Assembly (NCBI GenBank): GCA_003050645.1 | Contig: PEBX01000006.1 | Coordinates: 4,015-68,014, forward strand | Reading direction: 5' to 3' | Source: Candidatus Carbonibacillus altaicus | GTDB lineage: Bacteria; Bacillota; Bacilli; Thermicanales; DSM-22653 | DNA: 64,000 nt | Shown: positions 25,670 to 34,412 of the stretch, piece by piece | Layout of the letters: each line of letters starts with the position of its first letter | Numbering within the stretch: position 1 is the first letter of the stretch | Notes under the pieces: model-generated | What the model was told of the DNA's origin: nothing | What the model saw: only the letters and a program-made list of their open reading frames with translations | The model's database searches: none | Translations under genes and position numbers: made by a program

Positions 25670-25714
25670 GTCTTTTTTTGTTCGGTCTTTTTTTGTTAAG
25701 TCGTTTTTTGTTAT
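25670..25714. repeat. Tandem repeat, 15-bp unit x3 (GTCTTTTTTTGTTCG)
   Basis: Read directly. It abuts the 5' end of the shortened permease gene. Confidence 0.85.
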
Positions 25715-25784
25715 GCTGTTCGTAAAGTGGATAGCCTACGCTCGAGCGATGAGCGCAAGGATCTGCACAGAATATTTGATGTCA

Positions 25785-25857
25785 CTATCCTATCTGAAAT
25801 AGGATGCAACGTTTCATCCTTCTGCTGGTGCCGCCTCGGCGGCATGGGGGTCTATTC
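25785..25857 (-). repeat. Unclassified ~65-nt element, locus 2
   Basis: The reverse complement reads ATAGACCCCCATGCCGCCGAGGCGGCACCAGCAGAAGGATGAAACGTTGCATCCTATTTCAGATAGGATAG. By hand alignment, 40 of 44 positions of its 5' part match 7399-7442. It lies about 127 nt upstream of the opu-type operon on the same strand. Confidence 0.75.
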
Positions 25858-25921
25858 ATTCATCGTAGTGCTGTAAGCAGCATGAGTATCTTATAGGTAA
25901 AAGTACGGGGAGCGCGATCGT

Positions 25922-27424
25922 ATGGTGCAGGGGATGCAGAGGCTTTGGGGACAGTGGACAGGTTATAACAGAGATATTAAACTTATTTTGCTTACGCAGC
26001 TTTTGTTTTCGATCGGTATGGGGATGTTTATGATCGTATACAACCTCTACGTGCGCGCGCTCGGCTATGAGCAGCTGGTGGTGGGGCGGGTCGTCTCCAG
26101 CATGGCTTTTGGGACGGCACTCGCGCTTATACCCGCGGGACTCTTGAGCGATCGTCTGAGTCGCAAAAAGCTCGTGTTGTTCGGCGGAATGATGACGGTG
26201 ATCACGCTTTTTTTACGCTCAGTGATCGAAGGGGTCGATGGGCTAGTCAGTACTGCTTTTGTCGAAGGGATGTTCGCCGCGCTCATTCAAGTGTCGTTCG
26301 TCCCTCTTTTATCGGAGTATTCGCGGGAAGAGGAGCGCGTGAACCTTTTTAGTTTGCTTTTTGCGTTGAACATGGGCGCAAATATCTTCGGTAATCTCGG
26401 TGGGGGTTTGATCAGCGACTTTTTTATGCGTGTCTTTGGCATCAGCACCGTGCTCAGTCTGCGCTGGACGCTCTTTGTCAGTATCGCCATCATCATGTTG
26501 GCGATCGTCCCTATGATGATGCTCAATGAGAAAAAGAGGCATGTGGAAAACGAGGGGGCGCCACTGAACATAAAGGGTACTTCTGGCGAGCAGGTGACTT
26601 CGGGTGAGCACATGCCTCCGGTCGAAAAGACGACCTCAGGCGGGCAGGGGACTTCGGTCGAAAAGACGACCTCAGGTGAGCAGATAATTTCAAGTAGTCG
26701 TGTGATCCGTAGCGATCAGGTGCTCCTGGGGGATCAGATGAACAAACAAAAAAATATCGTCTCACGATGGGGGCGCTTCTTCGACTATATTCAGGCCAAT
26801 CGTGCGTCATTGCGTTTGATCGTCCTATTTTCGATCGCCCAGCTTTTTATCGGTTTCGGGGCAGGGCTGGTGATTCCGTATTTGAATCTGTATTTTGCAG
26901 ATCGTTTTCAGGCATCTCCTTCGATGATCGGGTTTATCGTCTCGCTCGGTCAGGCGGCAACCGCCGCGGCCATGTTGCTCGGACCGTTTGTCGTGCGTCG
27001 TCTGGGAGAAGTGCGGGCAATCGTCGTATTGCAGCTCGCTTCGATTCCTTTTCTGCTCTTGACGGGATTTACTCAGGAGCTTTTTCTTGCCGCGCTTGGT
27101 TATCTTTTCCGTCAGGCGCTTATGAATGCCGGCACGCCGATTCAAATGTCGATGATGATGAACGGTGTAAATGAACGTTTCCGCGGCCTCGCAAACAGTA
27201 TGAGCGCGGTAAATTTTAACCTTGGCTGGGCGCTGATGGGTCCAGTCAGTATGCAGATTGTTCAGGCGAAAGGTGCGTATTGGGGTTATGCCACGGTGTT
27301 TATGCTGACCGCAGCGTTATACCTCCTGGGAAGTTTTTATTTTTATATAATATTTCGGAAACCGAATGATCGCCCTGCCCACTTCGATCAAGTGAAACAC
27401 GTAGAGGAGAAGTATGAATCGTAA
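25922..27424 (+). CDS. MFS transporter with a repeat-containing central loop
   Basis: 500 aa, ~12 TM segments in two halves. The central loop contains TSGEQ/VEKTTSG repeats encoded by 18/36-bp DNA repeats (26578-26691). The ATG lies 9 nt after GGGGAG. Confidence 0.8.
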   Translation: MVQGMQRLWGQWTGYNRDIKLILLTQLLFSIGMGMFMIVYNLYVRALGYEQLVVGRVVSSMAFGTALALIPAGLLSDRLSRKKLVLFGGMMTVITLFLRSVIEGVDGLVSTAFVEGMFAALIQVSFVPLLSEYSREEERVNLFSLLFALNMGANIFGNLGGGLISDFFMRVFGISTVLSLRWTLFVSIAIIMLAIVPMMMLNEKKRHVENEGAPLNIKGTSGEQVTSGEHMPPVEKTTSGGQGTSVEKTTSGEQIISSSRVIRSDQVLLGDQMNKQKNIVSRWGRFFDYIQANRASLRLIVLFSIAQLFIGFGAGLVIPYLNLYFADRFQASPSMIGFIVSLGQAATAAAMLLGPFVVRRLGEVRAIVVLQLASIPFLLLTGFTQELFLAALGYLFRQALMNAGTPIQMSMMMNGVNERFRGLANSMSAVNFNLGWALMGPVSMQIVQAKGAYWGYATVFMLTAALYLLGSFYFYIIFRKPNDRPAHFDQVKHVEEKYES

Positions 27425-27481
27425 AAGCCCCATAACAAACTCGTATAGACAATAAGAATTCGTTATACTGAGTGCTAAAAA

Positions 27482-27510
27482 AGCAGCAGACAGTGAATCT
27501 GCTGCTTTTT
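27482..27510 (+). terminator. Rho-independent terminator after the MFS gene
   Basis: Stem AGCAGCAGA (27482-27490) pairs with TCTGCTGCT (27498-27506), followed by TTTT. Confidence 0.8.
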
Positions 27511-27523
27511 GTATGTTACAATA

Positions 27524-27625
27524 AAATGAAAGCTGTGTGCGTCATCCATGTGTATCATTCAAATGAAATATGCGTGCCTCATCCATGTGCCTAATCCAAA
27601 TGAAAGCTGTGTGCGTCATTTGATG
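27524..27625. repeat. Tandem repeat, 37-bp unit x2.8 (AAATGAAAGCTGTGTGCGTCATCCATGTGTATCATTC)
   Basis: Units at 27524-27560, 27561-27597 and 27598-27625 (partial), directly upstream of the chrA pair. Confidence 0.9.
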
Positions 27626-27662
27626 AAACCATCGACAGTTTGTTAGGGAAAGAAGGGTAAAG

Positions 27663-28352
27663 ATGGCTGCGGAAGGCAAAAATGCGGTAGACATAAACAA
27701 TGATAAACAGGTATGCACGGGGGAGAGGGCGCCGGAAGAAAGACGAGCCCTGTCACAGTCGATCAAACGATCGTATGAGCGTGGACGGTTTGAGACTGTA
27801 AGCGTGCTTTTTTGGACGTTCTTTAAGATCAGTCCAGTGACGTTTGGTGGAGGGTTAGCCGTCATTCCGGTATTAGAAAAAGAATTGGTAGAGCGTCGGG
27901 GTTATATAACTCGGGAAGAGATTATCGATTTGTTTGCTGCGGCTCAAACGGTGCCGGGTGCGATTGCGGTTAACGTGGCGACTTTTTTAGGGTATCGATT
28001 GGTCGGCCCACTTGGAGCCATTATGGCAACGTTTGGAGCGATTTTACCAACTTTTTCAATTATGTTGTTGCTGTCAATTTTTTATTTGAGCGTTGCACAT
28101 CATCCACTGGTTGAGGCGGCTATGTATGGCTTAAGGCCAGCGATTGTTGCATTAATCGCCTTTGCTGGGGTGCGCGTGGCACGCACGGCACTGATCGATA
28201 GATTAACAGTCGGTATCGCAGCTGGGACGTATGTGCTGCTCACGTTCCTTCATTTTCACCCTGTACTCGTTATCTTTTTAGGTGGCGGGTTTGGACTTTT
28301 GGTCGGTTGGTGGCGACGTTGGCGCCAAGCAGTACGTGGAAAATTAAATTGA
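27663..28352 (+). CDS. Chromate transporter, short-chain CHR family, first half-protein
   Basis: KISPVTFGGGLAVIPVLEKELVERRGYIT and AAAQTVPGAIAVN are typical of ChrA. It is paired with a second half-size ChrA gene, like the B. subtilis ywrB/ywrA pair. Confidence 0.8.
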   Translation: MAAEGKNAVDINNDKQVCTGERAPEERRALSQSIKRSYERGRFETVSVLFWTFFKISPVTFGGGLAVIPVLEKELVERRGYITREEIIDLFAAAQTVPGAIAVNVATFLGYRLVGPLGAIMATFGAILPTFSIMLLLSIFYLSVAHHPLVEAAMYGLRPAIVALIAFAGVRVARTALIDRLTVGIAAGTYVLLTFLHFHPVLVIFLGGGFGLLVGWWRRWRQAVRGKLN

Positions 28353-28386
28353 ATTCTTGTTTGTCTTTTGCGGGGGGGATGGAGTG

Positions 28387-28932
28387 ATGCCGGTTTTCTG
28401 GTCGCTCATGGTCACGTTTTTGATCGTGGGAGTTGTCAGTTTTGGTGGCGGGTATGCGATGTTACCGATTATTGATCATATGGTTGTTGGAACGGAGCAC
28501 TGGTTTGATGAGCGCCAATTTGTCGATATGATCGCTCTGGCCAGCATGGCGCCGGGACCGATTGCCGTAAACGCGGCTGTGATGGTTGGATATCAACTGA
28601 TCGGTTTTTGGGGCGCGCTTGTCGCAGCGACGGCGGTCTCTCTACCGTCTTTCCTTCTGATTTTACTCTTTGCTCGGACCTTTTTTAAGTACCGCACCCA
28701 TCCGAATTTCGTTCAGGCTTTTTACGGGTTAAGACCTGTGATCGTCGGAATGATTTTTTATGCAGCAACCTCCTTTGCACTACGCAATGAGCTCATAGGG
28801 TTTAAAATTGACTGGACTGCACTGAGTCTTCTCGTAGTTTCTTTTTTAATGTTCTGGCGAACGCGTCTCCATCCGGCGCTCATTCTCTTGATGTTTGCTT
28901 TTATTGGCGTGATGGTGAGATATATTATGTAA
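28387..28932 (+). CDS. Chromate transporter, short-chain CHR family, second half-protein
   Basis: VSFGGGYAMLPIIDH and ALASMAPGPIAVNAAVMVGY. I chose the ATG at 28387 after a G-rich RBS. The maximal ORF starts at 28357. Confidence 0.8.
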   Translation: MPVFWSLMVTFLIVGVVSFGGGYAMLPIIDHMVVGTEHWFDERQFVDMIALASMAPGPIAVNAAVMVGYQLIGFWGALVAATAVSLPSFLLILLFARTFFKYRTHPNFVQAFYGLRPVIVGMIFYAATSFALRNELIGFKIDWTALSLLVVSFLMFWRTRLHPALILLMFAFIGVMVRYIM

Positions 28933-28938
28933 AAAAGC

Positions 28939-28971
28939 CAGTATGCCTTCTTTAGCATACTGACTTTTTTT
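28939..28971 (+). terminator. Rho-independent terminator after the chrA pair
   Basis: Stem CAGTATGC (28939-28946) pairs with GCATACTG (28955-28962), followed by a run of 7 T. Confidence 0.8.
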
Positions 28972-29103
28972 ATTTAGTACATATCGGTCTTGTTCATAGG
29001 TGCATGCTGAATTTTATGGCATGTATCGTTTAATTATTCGTTCAGATCTTATTATTTATCTATTTTTTCTCTTATTATGTTTCTCGAGAAGTGAACGGAC
29101 ATT

Positions 29104-29337
29104 TTATGCGTCCTGCAAATGCAGTACTTCCAGTCCTTTATTGGTGATCGTATAGCCTTGCTCGGTTTCGTGGATAAAACCTGCTTCTTTCATTTGCCGC
29201 AGGCTGGCGCGAATTTTAAAAAAAGGTGCGTCTAAAGTTTCTGCCAGAACATCAGCAGGGGAAATCGTATCCCGTAGAAGTAGAAGTAGTTTTTTGGTCT
29301 GTTCAGATATTTTTCCGCTTTCCGTTACACATGCCAT
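29104..29337 (-). CDS. Small (77 aa) winged-helix-like DNA-binding protein, cotranscribed with peroxiredoxin
   Basis: The ATG lies 9 nt after AAGGAG and 31 nt downstream of the prx stop. The pattern ISPADVLAETLDAPFFKIRASLRQMKEAGFIHETEQGYTITNKG looks like a wHTH recognition helix plus wing. I identified no family. Confidence 0.5.
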   Translation of the reverse strand: MACVTESGKISEQTKKLLLLLRDTISPADVLAETLDAPFFKIRASLRQMKEAGFIHETEQGYTITNKGLEVLHLQDA

Positions 29338-29368
29338 CAGCGAACACTCCTTAAATAGATATATAAAA

Positions 29369-30028
29369 TTATATTTTTTTCTTGCTCAGGTACCAGTCGA
29401 TGACTTCGATATCCTGTTCCATCATGCGTGCTTCGGCCTCTTCGACGGTTGTCGGCGTCGGTACGATGACGGCATCACCAGGGTGCCAGTTTGCAGGCGT
29501 TGCGACGCGGTGGGCATCAGATGTTTTAAGCGCTTGAATGAGACGAAGCACTTCACTCATGTTGCGACCGGCAGAAAGCGGGTAGTAAATAATGGCGCGG
29601 ATAATTTGCTTGTCATCGATGATAAAGACGGCGCGTACGGCTTCGGTGCTGTGTTCTTCGGGCATGATCATACCGAACTTTTTGGCTACGTTCATATCGA
29701 GATCAGCAACAATCGGGAATTCTATTCTAACACCCATCTTTTCTTCGATGTTGCGGGTCCAGGCGATATGAGAGTACAGGCTATCGACGCTGACACCGAG
29801 TAGTTCAACCCCGAGTTTTTTAAGTTCCGGATATATTTCTTGGAAGGCAATAAATTCAGTCGTGCAGACAGGGGTAAAGTCAGCCGGGTGCGAAAAAAGA
29901 ATGAGCCAGGAACCAGCATAATCAGAAAGACGGAGTGTTCCGTGGGTGGTGACGGCCTCGAAATTAGGTGCTTTTTCACCGATGCGTGGCATAGGGTTGA
30001 CATTGCTTGCGACGAATTGTTCACTCAC
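29369..30028 (-). CDS. Peroxiredoxin (Prx6-like / 1-Cys type)
   Basis: Active site FSHPADFTPVCTTE plus the GRNMSEVLRLIQAL block. The GTG start lies 6 nt after AAGGAGGA. Confidence 0.9.
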   Translation of the reverse strand: MSEQFVASNVNPMPRIGEKAPNFEAVTTHGTLRLSDYAGSWLILFSHPADFTPVCTTEFIAFQEIYPELKKLGVELLGVSVDSLYSHIAWTRNIEEKMGVRIEFPIVADLDMNVAKKFGMIMPEEHSTEAVRAVFIIDDKQIIRAIIYYPLSAGRNMSEVLRLIQALKTSDAHRVATPANWHPGDAVIVPTPTTVEEAEARMMEQDIEVIDWYLSKKKI

Positions 30029-30070
30029 TGTAATTCCTCCTTAAATTTGAACTAAGTATAATTATTGGTT

Positions 30071-30107
30071 ATGTAATCATTATACCCATGGGGGTTATTG
30101 GAGGCAA
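30071..30107 (-). promoter_or_regulatory. Putative peroxiredoxin promoter with an overlapping PerR/Fur-like 7-1-7 box
   Basis: On the minus strand: -35 TTGCCT (30107-30102), a 17-nt spacer, -10 TATAAT (30084-30079). ATGTAATCATTATAC (30071-30085) resembles the PerR box TTATAATNATTATAA. A partner arm GTATAATTATT lies at 30056-30066. Confidence 0.35.
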
Positions 30108-30437
30108 TAGGGGAATCCCCTTATTTAAAATGCGTCCTACAAAAAGGAGGGCTTCATTGGTTAATTAATTTATTACTATTAAGATATTTTAATTTTTTCC
30201 TTAATTTTTATAAAATGACCGAGAAGGTAGAGTACACAGAAGTACGTGACATCTGTTCAGTTGAAAGGCTGGATATGACAGGTAAGTTCAGTACAAGCTA
30301 TGTATGATAGGGAAAGTGCAGGGTAGGAAAACTGCTCTCTTTCACCCGGATATGAAGGATGGTTTATCAGATAAGACCGGTGTTTCAGGAGACCATATAA
30401 CTTTGAACGAGTGAAGAAAGGAAAGAGGGAATGCACG

Positions 30438-31574
30438 ATGCACGTCGTGATCATTGGTGGCGGCACAGGGGGGTTGGGCGTTGCCAACCGGCTGGGGCGT
30501 CTCCTTTATCATGAATTGAAACGCGGTGAGCATGCAGTGACGCTTATCACCGACCGTGAGCTACATGATTATCAACCGGGGTATATGTTTTCCGCGCTCA
30601 ACACACATCCGATGCAGCATTATACGCGAAAAACGCTGTCACTTCTGCATTATGCAGTCGATTTCGTGCTCGCGGAGGTACAAGAGATCGATCTCGAGTC
30701 TAAAAAAGTTACTGCCGATACAGTCTACGACTACGACCTTCTGGTGATCGCCACGGGGAGTATTCCCGATATAGAGAGCATGCCCGGTTTGAAAGACACT
30801 GCTTTTACCTTTTATACCAAGGAAGGCGCGGAAAAACTTAGAAGTGTGCTCGCTCACTGGAAAGGCGGGCGGGTGGTGGTGACGATTGATCTGCCGCACA
30901 AATGTCCAGCAGCCCCCCTTGAGTTTCCGCTTCTTTTGGATCATCAGCTGAGAGCGCGGGGGATGCGTCCTTTGACGGATATCGTCTATACGTACCCGCT
31001 GGATCGCCTGAACGTTCTGGAGTCTCTGGATGCATGGGCGAAACCGGAATTTGAGCGGCGCTCGATCCGCTTTGAAGCTTCGTTTATTCCCGAACGTGTA
31101 GATGTGGACAGGCGGGTTTTGATCGGGATCGATAAGCGGTCGATCCCCTTTGACTTGCTCGTTGTCGTGCCCCGCCATCGAGGCTCTAAGCTTATCCGCA
31201 AGATGAAGGTTGCCGATGACCTCGGGTTTTTACCAACCGATCCAGCCAAACTCAAGCTCCAGGGATATGACGATGTTTATGTACTGGGGGATGCCACGAA
31301 TCTTTCTTTCCCGTATCTAAAAACCGGGGCGACGGCCCATTTTCAAAGTGAAGTCATAGCTAAAAATATTGCAGATCGTCTGCGCGGCCTTCCGGAGACG
31401 GCAATGTATGATGGCAAGTTCATTTGCTTTTTGGATGATACGGAAAAATCGTCGAGCTTTATCTATTATGACCATGACCATCCGCCACGTGTTGCCACCA
31501 CGGGTGGGCTCATGCATTTATTTCGTGAAGCGTATCATGAACTGTATTGGTTGACAGTACGTGGTTTGCTGTAA
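30438..31574 (+). CDS. FAD-dependent pyridine nucleotide-disulfide oxidoreductase, sulfide:quinone oxidoreductase-like
   Basis: N-terminal Rossmann motif VVIIGGGTGGLGVAN, HKCPAAPLEF, and the second dinucleotide motif VYVLGDAT. The size (~378 aa) is typical of SQR/NDH-2-like enzymes. The ATG at 30438 follows AAAGAGGGA. Confidence 0.7.
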   Translation: MHVVIIGGGTGGLGVANRLGRLLYHELKRGEHAVTLITDRELHDYQPGYMFSALNTHPMQHYTRKTLSLLHYAVDFVLAEVQEIDLESKKVTADTVYDYDLLVIATGSIPDIESMPGLKDTAFTFYTKEGAEKLRSVLAHWKGGRVVVTIDLPHKCPAAPLEFPLLLDHQLRARGMRPLTDIVYTYPLDRLNVLESLDAWAKPEFERRSIRFEASFIPERVDVDRRVLIGIDKRSIPFDLLVVVPRHRGSKLIRKMKVADDLGFLPTDPAKLKLQGYDDVYVLGDATNLSFPYLKTGATAHFQSEVIAKNIADRLRGLPETAMYDGKFICFLDDTEKSSSFIYYDHDHPPRVATTGGLMHLFREAYHELYWLTVRGLL

Positions 31575-31703
31575 AGTGTTTCGAACTAGAACGTAAATCA
31601 CAAAATCGTGGCAATAAAATTAAATTATAGATAAATGTCACTTGGACCTGCTACCCGTTTTGGTTTATTACTGTTTAACAGCTGTCAAAAGGAGGGATGA
31701 AAA

Positions 31704-32258
31704 GTGGTGCAAATATTAAAGACGACGGAAAAAAGGTTAAGCGGCAAGCAGAAGATGTCGCATCATGGCACGCATCGGACACCGCATGATGGGCGGAAAA
31801 AAATGGAAAATACACCCGACCAGCCTAATTTTTCTTCTCCGGATGATTCATCGGAACGCGCCGTACTTGCTCAGCTGATGGAAGAGCTGAAACTCCTACG
31901 GCAAAGTGGTGCACTGAAGGCGCTTGTAGAATATGCGGAGGTACTAACGGCGATGAAGCAATCTCTTACTAAAGCCAGGGTTGGAGAGACGGCGGTCCGT
32001 ATCACACAGCTTGTCGAACGTATCGATGATATCGCTCAGCGCGGTGCGCTGGAAGGTCTAACGTCCCTTATTCAAGCTTATGATCGGGCAGTTTTAGAGC
32101 GGGAAGATCACAGGCGTCCTGCAAGCTTGTTCCGCCTGCTGCGTCTCGTTATCGATCCAGCGGTGAGAGATAAGGCGGCGCTCATGCTCTGGACGCTAAA
32201 ATTATGGTGTGACGAACTACCGACGAAAGATCCGAAAAAAGACGCGACGAATGGATAA
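31704..32258 (+). CDS. Hypothetical protein, possibly DUF1641-like partner of the SQR-like oxidoreductase
   Basis: The GTG start lies 7 nt after AAAGGAGGGA. The C-terminal part (SLFRLLRLVIDPAVRDKAALMLWTLKLW) resembles, from memory, the DUF1641 region often encoded next to such oxidoreductases. Confidence 0.45.
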   Translation: MVQILKTTEKRLSGKQKMSHHGTHRTPHDGRKKMENTPDQPNFSSPDDSSERAVLAQLMEELKLLRQSGALKALVEYAEVLTAMKQSLTKARVGETAVRITQLVERIDDIAQRGALEGLTSLIQAYDRAVLEREDHRRPASLFRLLRLVIDPAVRDKAALMLWTLKLWCDELPTKDPKKDATNG

Positions 32259-32657
32259 ATCCAGTGGCTATACCTCTGTATATCAGAATCTCCTATATCA
32301 GAGTCTCCGTCACGGAAGGAGCCGATCGTCGTATGGTGTTTTTCGGTAAATGTATGTTATGCTAAACTTGGTGTATGTCGGCCAGATAAATTACTTTTAT
32401 GTTTCCTGGATAAGGAAAAAATAGCCTAAGTAACAATCATGGGCTAAATGGAAATAGTGGGCTAGGTGAAAATAAAGGACGATGATGCAACCCGTGACGA
32501 AGATTTGGACGCATATGACACGACGATTCAGGCGTATTATCGCAAACAGTCGGGTGACGGCGGGAGACGACGTATCGCGCGCTCGTTGCGCGCGTACTGG
32601 AAAGTCCAAGGCGTGCGCATATGAAACGATATTTAAAAGAAAAAGGGTTTATGCTGG

Positions 32658-34367
32658 ATGAATAAAAATATACTGAACAATCCTGCGGGTTGGATAGGCT
32701 CTATAGGTTCACTCTTGAGCCAAATGATAGTATGGATTTACGTGATGATGTTTTTAGTGGTTTTCTACAAACATTTTGTAACGATTGATGTTGATGCGAT
32801 TTTATACTGGTCTTTCCTTATTGCCGTCATCCTGGTTGTAACGGGTCCTATTGGGGCCGTCTTTTGGACAAAGCTTTTTGAAGCTCGGAGAAGACGTTCG
32901 ACATTCATCTTTCCGGCAAACGGTTCGCTTATATGGCTGATGCTTCTAGGGCTTCTGGTCAAGCTGAGCTGGGTTCTTACGCATCCGGTCGCGCCGTATG
33001 CCGACTATTTGACGTTTCACCGGACGGCAGAGATGTTGAGTCGCGACTGGGTGATTCATTTTCCTTATGTTGCACTTTTTCCTCATATTATGGGGTATGC
33101 TTCGTTTCTCAGCCTCTTTTACGTTCTCTTTGGCGCGGAGCAATGGGTCGCACCTCTTGTCAACGTGATGCTTTCACTCATCAGCCTATATGCGCTCTAT
33201 ACACTCACGCACCGTCTGTTTGGCACAAAAAGTGCTGATGTAGCAGCATTGTTATGGATTTTTCTACCTTCTGAGACGATGTATAATACGCTTGTTTTAT
33301 CTGAACCACTGTATACGGCGCTCATATTCATATGGCTGAATCTTTTTTTATATGGGTTCGAACGCTTATACGGGATGAAGCATTTATACGGGATCGAACG
33401 ATTAAACGGAACCGATCGATCGGGTGCGCGGCATATGCATCGGGTTTTGGGTCGAGGTTCGAGCCTTTTGTATGCGATTTGGTTAGGGTTATTGCTGGGC
33501 GTGATCCAAGCTGTTCGACCGGTCGGTACGATTTTACTTCTGTCGGCGATGATCTGGCTCGTCATCGTCTGGGCTCGGCATGTGTATATGTTGAGAGGGC
33601 ATCAAAGGCATCCAATGAAAGAGCTTCCAATGAGAAAGCTTTCTATGAAAGAACTTTCAATGAAAGAGCTTCCAATGAAAGAGCTTCCAATGAAAGATGT
33701 TCCAGTCAATAAGCTTTCGAGGAAAGGTCGGGAGGCACTTTTTTTTGCTGTCACGCTCACCGTTGTCTTCTTTCTGTCGGGAAAGCTCGTCCATGTGTAT
33801 AATGATGCACGTCTCGGGGAGATGAGTGCTCGATCGGTCGGTTACAGCCTGTATGTAGGCATGAATGAAAAAAGCATGGGGAAATGGAATCGAGCTGATT
33901 CCGATTTATTGTTTGAGATTGTAAAGCAACATCCAGAGTGGAGCGCTGAGGATGTGCAACAAGAGATGATGCAAAAAACATGGGTACGTATGCAACAAAG
34001 GGAGACGAGCTGGCTTCAATTCTTTTTAAATAAGCTCCATGTTTTGTGGGGGAGTGATGCCATGGGTTATTATTATAGTAAGGTGAAAGAGCACGTCATT
34101 TTGTATCCGGCGCTTTCCAACGGTTATTTTTATATGGTCATCGTCTATAGCATGATCGGACTCGTGGCGGCCCTAAGGTTAGATCACGCTCAAGTAGCAG
34201 TTCTGATCGCACTTTATGTGTTAGGGTTAAGCGCGGCGCACATGCTGGTGGAAGTTGCCGTGCGATATCATTACAGCGCCTTGGCGCTCATGATTCCGCT
34301 AGCAGCGAAAGGAATAGGTGAAACCGGTAAGAGGTTACTATCTGTTTTTGCGTCTAAAGAACGTTAA
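32658..34367 (+). CDS. Large polytopic membrane protein, putative GT-C-fold glycosyltransferase (family 39/83-like)
   Basis: 569 aa with more than 10 predicted TM segments in an ArnT/PMT-like layout. The call is by architecture only. It contains an internal pentapeptide repeat (MKELP x7). Confidence 0.45.
   Translation: MNKNILNNPAGWIGSIGSLLSQMIVWIYVMMFLVVFYKHFVTIDVDAILYWSFLIAVILVVTGPIGAVFWTKLFEARRRRSTFIFPANGSLIWLMLLGLLVKLSWVLTHPVAPYADYLTFHRTAEMLSRDWVIHFPYVALFPHIMGYASFLSLFYVLFGAEQWVAPLVNVMLSLISLYALYTLTHRLFGTKSADVAALLWIFLPSETMYNTLVLSEPLYTALIFIWLNLFLYGFERLYGMKHLYGIERLNGTDRSGARHMHRVLGRGSSLLYAIWLGLLLGVIQAVRPVGTILLLSAMIWLVIVWARHVYMLRGHQRHPMKELPMRKLSMKELSMKELPMKELPMKDVPVNKLSRKGREALFFAVTLTVVFFLSGKLVHVYNDARLGEMSARSVGYSLYVGMNEKSMGKWNRADSDLLFEIVKQHPEWSAEDVQQEMMQKTWVRMQQRETSWLQFFLNKLHVLWGSDAMGYYYSKVKEHVILYPALSNGYFYMVIVYSMIGLVAALRLDHAQVAVLIALYVLGLSAAHMLVEVAVRYHYSALALMIPLAAKGIGETGKRLLSVFASKER
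33600..33704 (+). repeat. In-frame tandem repeat, 15-bp unit x7 (ATGAAAGAGCTTCCA, encoding MKELP)
   Basis: Read directly inside CDS 32658-34367. It encodes HQRHP-MKELP-MRKLS-MKELS-MKELP-MKELP-MKDVP. Confidence 0.95.
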
Positions 34368-34412
34368 AAAGACCGAGCACGAGGATGTCCTACAAGCTGA
34401 TGTCTGAGACGA

